In this document: positions 59,117 through 64,000 of the stretch, piece after piece
Position numbering within the stretch: the stretch's first letter is position 1
Layout of the letters: every line of letters begins with the position of its first letter
Virus record (IMG/VR): IMGVR_UViG_3300025087_000044
Coordinates: 35,114-99,113 of that record
Source of the DNA: a virus
DNA: 64,000 bases
Direction: 5' to 3' (one strand)
Made by a program: the position numbers and the translations under genes
The notes under the pieces: model-generated
The model's database searches: none
Told to the model about the DNA's origin: nothing
What the model saw: only the letters and a program-made list of their open reading frames with translations

Positions 59117-59659
59117 ATGAAAGGCATAGGACTAAATTCACCGATTCCAGCATTGCCGGTAACGAACTCCATCAATTCGATTACGCGGCGGACAGGTGGT
59201 CTATTGGTGACAAAAACTATCACGTGCAATGGTGACGGAGCGCAAGCTGATAATGTTTTTTCCCTAACCGGCACTGTTGATGTTGTTGGTATTTACGGAG
59301 TTTGCACAGAAGCGACGAATGCCACGGACTTGGCAGCTTGTTCACTCGCTCTATATGACGGAACTGCCACTTTAGAATTGACGGACAGCGGCACGCCGCT
59401 TGATTGTTCAGGCATCAACGTAGGAGACGTTGTGTTTAAAAACGGAGCGTCTGCGACAGTGGCTTTGGCGCGAAACAATAATGACGCAGGAGCTTTAACG
59501 GATTTAGCATCTAATGTTATTGTCAGGCTTACTAAGAAACTGGCAGTTGCGACTTATATTCAGTTCTTATTCAATGGAGATGCTGACACGGATGTTGATA
59601 TGAAATGGTATGTTATTTATATTCCGAGAACTGATGATGGCGCGCTAGCTGCTGTCTAA
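59117..59659 (+). CDS. putative virion structural protein
   Basis: beta-rich composition and gene context. Confidence 0.55.
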   Translation: MKGIGLNSPIPALPVTNSINSITRRTGGLLVTKTITCNGDGAQADNVFSLTGTVDVVGIYGVCTEATNATDLAACSLALYDGTATLELTDSGTPLDCSGINVGDVVFKNGASATVALARNNNDAGALTDLASNVIVRLTKKLAVATYIQFLFNGDADTDVDMKWYVIYIPRTDDGALAAV

Positions 59660-59680
59660 CTTATTTAACATTACAATTTT

Positions 59681-59914
59681 ATGAACGATGTAAACGCAGT
59701 GGCTTCCGAGCCGTTGGAGAAGACAGAAGATAAGCGGGCTGAAATTAAAGCCAACTTATTGAAAGAGTGGGACGAGGCGACTGACCGCCGTGCTTTGGCA
59801 AATTCCGTAATGGAGGGTTACATCTTCGGCAAGTACGCCAATAACGAGCATTACCCCATTGACTACTTTGTGGAGATTATCGCTGAGATAGACGCGGAAA
59901 ACGCTAACAAATAA
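59681..59914 (+). CDS. hypothetical protein
   Basis: 77-aa ORF. Confidence 0.55.
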   Translation: MNDVNAVASEPLEKTEDKRAEIKANLLKEWDEATDRRALANSVMEGYIFGKYANNEHYPIDYFVEIIAEIDAENANK

Positions 59915-59917
59915 ATT

Positions 59918-61077
59918 ATGCTGTTGAATAAATACTCAACACCGGCCGAACGCGCCCGAGGCTGTACGTTCTCAGAACGATTCAGCAATGCTATTGATAT
60001 TGCCAAAAACGGAGGTACGATTACGGGAGTGCTTACTTATAATGACGGCGGAGCATTGTTTTCAGGCAGTCAAAAGGTTGTTTATAACACCAAGCTGGGA
60101 ATCAAGACAATCTCATTCTGGATAACGCTCACAACCACCACGCAGGAGATTATCAAGTTGACCTCTTCGCACAGCATTTCCGTTTCAGCGGGTACGTTAG
60201 CCGCTACGGGGTTTGCTTCTCCGACAATCAGAGTGAATGGCGTGGCAACGACTACTATAACCACGGCTAAGAGCTTTGTTGAGATAGACACGGCGACCGC
60301 GATTGACTGTAATGATATTCAGGTTGGATATATTACAGGTTATGGCAACTTCATAATGGACGACTTGAAATTCTGGACGGCGCAGCTCACAACGCAAGAG
60401 GCGTTGGATTACTTCGCTAACGCGACTTACACGTACGTTATAAATTGCAGGTGCATTACCCGATGACAATGGAGTACCACGACCCGACCAACTTGAAAGT
60501 GCTGGACGCTTCAGGTCGTGGCAATCACGCCACGTATGTTAGCGGGCTAGTGAAGAAACAGTGCAGAGGGTATCAGTTCTCAACGGCGGTGAGCAAGTAC
60601 TTGACCGTTCCAACAACGGTTAATATCACGTCATCGGCAACGGGTTTCACGTTGAGTTTCTTTTTGTTGCTGAATACCACAGCGGTATTAAATCAGCGTG
60701 TTATCTGGCAGAAGAGCGCGACTGATGGAATGAAGATTTTAAAGGCTGGCGCGACCACATCGCTTCAAGCGGAAATGATTAGTGGAGGAAGTCTTACCTC
60801 TCAATTAGCAACTGGCGCAGTTGGTGACGGCAGGCCTGTGAACTTCACACTGGTGCATGACGGTACTATCCAGACGTGGTATGTCAATGGCGTACAAGTA
60901 TCGCAAGACACAGCCGCCGCATACGGCTCTACAACCAATGCTATGACAATCGGTGCAGGTGACGGCGTAATGGTGGACGGCGAGATGTACGATTTCAAGT
61001 GTTCATACGAGAACTGGACACCGCTCCAGATACTGGATAATTATCTGACTACGAGAAAGCAGTTAAACATGATTTAA
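59918..61077 (+). CDS. tandem LamG/ConA-like virion protein, apparently split by a 1-nt frameshift near 60440
   Basis: TISFW...MDDLKFW...LT.QE; D.SGRGNHAT...YVNG; one added A gives YVNKLQVHYPM. Confidence 0.6.
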
Positions 61078-61078
61078 T

Positions 61079-61720
61079 ATGCAGAGTATAAATTGGGAAG
61101 ATAAAACAGTTGGAAGGTTGAGGGTAGTAAAACGAGTAGAGTCTGATAAGCGAGGTCAATCTCGTTGGTTGTGTCGTTGTTTATGTGGAAATAAAAAGAT
61201 AATTTATGGATATAATTTACACAATGAACACACTAAAAGCTGTGGTTGTATAACCAAGGAAAAGGCAATAATGTGGGCAAAAGAAAGATTTGTAACTCAC
61301 GGAAGCACAGGAACTAATCTGTATAAAGTATGGTTGGGGATGAGATGCAGATGTTATCAAAAAACAGCTTCAGGATATGAAAGATATGGCGGACGAGGAA
61401 TAGAAATAAGTGATAGTTGGCAGATTTTTGATAATTTTAAAAAAGATATGGAAGCTGGATTTTTTAAGGGATTAACTTTGGATAGGATAAATAATGATGG
61501 CAATTATTGTAAAGAAAATTGTCGATGGGCTACTCCTAAAGAACAAGCAAATAATAGAAGTAATAATCGTAGATTGATTTACGATGGTAAAAGTTTAACG
61601 ATTAGCCAATGGGCGAAAGAATTAGACATGGCGGTTACTACCCTATGGAAAAGATTTAAAAAAGGATTACCGGTTAGTCTTGTTTTGAGTAAGGAAAAGC
61701 ATTTGAATCAATACGCTTAA
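61079..61720 (+). CDS. free-standing HNH homing endonuclease
   Basis: WLCRCLCGN...SCGC; YGGRGI; LDRINNDGNYCKENCRWAT.KEQANN; AT-rich relative to its flanks. Confidence 0.88.
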   Translation: MQSINWEDKTVGRLRVVKRVESDKRGQSRWLCRCLCGNKKIIYGYNLHNEHTKSCGCITKEKAIMWAKERFVTHGSTGTNLYKVWLGMRCRCYQKTASGYERYGGRGIEISDSWQIFDNFKKDMEAGFFKGLTLDRINNDGNYCKENCRWATPKEQANNRSNNRRLIYDGKSLTISQWAKELDMAVTTLWKRFKKGLPVSLVLSKEKHLNQYA

Positions 61721-61731
61721 TTATTACTTAT

Positions 61732-63459
61732 ATGGCACAATCAGTATTAGCAAAATTAAAAGCTGAGGGGGTGCTAAAACTCTGGCGCGCATACCGTGCC
61801 GGTCATTTTCAGGATTTGGGTGACAGCAATCACGGCACACCGACATCGGTGGTATTGGGATACAGAGGCGCTTCATTCCCATTGATTACCTCGCTCGAAA
61901 CGATTGCGGATAGCTCCAATTTAAGGCTGACTACGGGAACGGTTATAGTTTTTGGTAATTTCAATTCGCAGACGGCGACTGAAACGCTGGTCTCCAAAAA
62001 AGACGCAGGCGGAACGATGTATGATTTATATCTTAACGCCACGCAATTGGTGTTTTCTGATGGGACTAATAACAGAACGATTACCACAAGCTTGAATAAC
62101 AAGCGGTGTATCGGCGTTACCTTTGCTACAGGCGGAACGCCTATCGGGTATGTTGATGGGCTGTCAATTGGTAATTTTTCGGGTGCTGTAACAATAGCGG
62201 CCGATGACGCGCCATTGATTCTGGGTAATATCTATTCCGGGTCGCAGAACTCACAGAATACCATTGCTGATGTATTGCTATGCAGTCGCGTATTGACCGC
62301 TTCCGAGATGGCGGCAGTTTGCGCCGAGTTGAATAATACCACGTGGCCGACAATGCCATTCTCCAGATTCAATCGCGACAAGGACAATCAGTTCTACGAT
62401 TATGATATGGAGGGTTCTGGGATTTCGGGGTTCTGGGAGGCCGGTAATAACGCTACGGTAACGAAAGAAACCACAACTCCGCACAGTGGATTGCAGTGTT
62501 TGAGGGTGGCCCGGTCTGACACCAACGCTGCGTATGCCAAGAACAGTGTCAGCTCCCTAAGATACCCTGTAGGTGAGTACGTTAAGGTGTGGGGCTGGTT
62601 CAGAGGTGATGGTACGAACTACGCTTACGTTAATTTCAATGGTGTAACGGTAGCGACCTCGACTACGGCGAATACGTGGCAGTATTTCGAGTTTGTCGGT
62701 ACGGCTAAGCTGGCCTCAAGCTTCAATCCGATACGGTTCTTATGCAGTGCGACTGTTTCAGGCGGTTACGCAGAGTTCGATGATGTCGGCTTAATGACGT
62801 TTTCCAAGAAGAATTTCAAAACTGACTGGGGTGTTAAGGCGAGTATCGCAGCGGAAGGCGGCGTAGTTTCACAATATCTCGACCGGAGTAATTTCATGTT
62901 TGGGGATGCTACAGCGCGCTACAAGGTATCAACGGACACTATCCAAGGCAAGCTGGTCAAGGTAATAGAATGTACCACGGCCGGGCTATTGTCGCTTCCG
63001 ACCTCGATATTCGGTGAAAGCAGTACATCAGAGGCGGCGTATGGTACGTGGGAGGGCTGGGCGTACAAGGGGAGTGACGCTGGAACTATGAATATAGCGT
63101 TCATCTGCGATTCGCCAACGAGCATAGCTGGCAGCGGCTACAAGCTGGCGTTCACAGCAACGGAGACGGTGCAGATAGCGCGGTTGACCGGTACGGTGCA
63201 TTTGGAGACCGCGGCTGCGTATATCACTATCAACACGTGGTACAAATGGAAGATAACCAGAACCATTTTGGGCGTAACTTGTCTCTGGCTGAATGACGTA
63301 TTGGTGAGCGTTACCGGCGGCAGCGGCACTAATCCGTACACAAGCACGGCTTATACTTCCAGCACGCACGTGGTTTTGGACTTTAACGCAGGTGATAAGC
63401 TGGCCATTGCCGATGTCGGCGGTAATTATTCATTCAGGAAATATCTTAATGTAATTTAA
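61732..63459 (+). CDS. LamG plus carbohydrate-binding-like virion protein
   Basis: YVDG...LILGN...RVLTASE; PHSGLQCLRV...WQYFE...FDDV. Confidence 0.7.
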   Translation: MAQSVLAKLKAEGVLKLWRAYRAGHFQDLGDSNHGTPTSVVLGYRGASFPLITSLETIADSSNLRLTTGTVIVFGNFNSQTATETLVSKKDAGGTMYDLYLNATQLVFSDGTNNRTITTSLNNKRCIGVTFATGGTPIGYVDGLSIGNFSGAVTIAADDAPLILGNIYSGSQNSQNTIADVLLCSRVLTASEMAAVCAELNNTTWPTMPFSRFNRDKDNQFYDYDMEGSGISGFWEAGNNATVTKETTTPHSGLQCLRVARSDTNAAYAKNSVSSLRYPVGEYVKVWGWFRGDGTNYAYVNFNGVTVATSTTANTWQYFEFVGTAKLASSFNPIRFLCSATVSGGYAEFDDVGLMTFSKKNFKTDWGVKASIAAEGGVVSQYLDRSNFMFGDATARYKVSTDTIQGKLVKVIECTTAGLLSLPTSIFGESSTSEAAYGTWEGWAYKGSDAGTMNIAFICDSPTSIAGSGYKLAFTATETVQIARLTGTVHLETAAAYITINTWYKWKITRTILGVTCLWLNDVLVSVTGGSGTNPYTSTAYTSSTHVVLDFNAGDKLAIADVGGNYSFRKYLNVI

Positions 63460-63472
63460 CCATAAAGGGGAT

Positions 63473-63781
63473 ATGGAACAAGAAAGCACACATAGCAAAG
63501 TCAATACAGACATCATCTTGGAACGGTTGACCAATCTAATCACGGTCAATTCCAAGGAGCATGAAGTGATTGAGAAGACGCGCGATGATTATCGTGTCGA
63601 ATTGCTCGGCGCGGTGAGTGATGTTAAGGCGGCCGTGATAGGGCTGGACGCAAGAGTACTGAAGCTGGAGAAGTGGCAGATAGGGTTCGTTGCCAAGTTC
63701 TCTACGTATTCCGCACTGGCGTTATTTCTGGGCAGTGTTCTGGCTAATCTGGCGATTTCGTTCGTTTCACGATATTTATAA
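63473..63781 (+). CDS. holin-like / XhlA-like membrane protein
   Basis: coiled coil (RVLKLEKW) followed by a C-terminal TM helix. Confidence 0.45.
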   Translation: MEQESTHSKVNTDIILERLTNLITVNSKEHEVIEKTRDDYRVELLGAVSDVKAAVIGLDARVLKLEKWQIGFVAKFSTYSALALFLGSVLANLAISFVSRYL

Positions 63782-63795
63782 AAGGAGGAATGTAA

Positions 63796-63996
63796 ATGAG
63801 TTTGGACGATGTTCTGCAACCGATTACTAAAACCATTCGGTACACGAGCATGCGCAAGAAGAGGTGCGCTAACTGCAATCGCGAGGTACTTCATGAACTG
63901 GCTGAAACTGATACTTATAGTGCTTCCTATTGCCTTGCTTGCAAGTTTGAAACACTGGTTTGGAAGAAAGCGAGGAAAGGAGATGTGCGACCGTGA
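63796..63996 (+). CDS. small zinc-ribbon protein
   Basis: CANC...CLAC; AGGAGG RBS. Confidence 0.5.
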   Translation: MSLDDVLQPITKTIRYTSMRKKRCANCNREVLHELAETDTYSASYCLACKFETLVWKKARKGDVRP

Positions 63997-64000
63997 CCAA

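Overview
This window is part of a tailed dsDNA phage genome with HK97-type head genes, and almost all genes are on the + strand. Sigma70 promoters next to DnaA boxes and AT-rich leaders that mostly lack Shine-Dalgarno sequences suggest a Patescibacteria/CPR-like host (inference only). From 1 to 23 kb there are many small early/middle genes: two SSB-like proteins, RNase H, an intein-containing RtcB, an Rnl2-like RNA ligase, a PD-(D/E)XK nuclease, HNH proteins, tRNA-Cys and tRNA-Ile. From 23 to 28 kb there are glycosyltransferase and ParB genes, tRNA-Gly and a hammerhead ribozyme. The terminase genes lie at 28.6-31 kb, followed by a ~15 kb glycan synthesis/methylation island (31.6-47 kb) that includes an intein-containing UDP-glucose dehydrogenase. 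At 47-52 kb are a portal-MuF fusion and a prohead protease fused to an AAA+ ATPase. The main finding is at 52.3-57.5 kb: the major capsid gene is cut into seven exons (two of only 30 and 54 nt) by six group I introns. Four introns carry HNH endonuclease genes in P8, one of them antisense. Joining the exons by hand gives one open 393-aa HK97-fold capsid protein that the ORF track does not show. From 57.8 to 64 kb are GC-richer virion-like (LamG) genes, a free-standing HNH and a holin-like gene. All calls come from reading motifs and base pairing by eye; no database searches were run.
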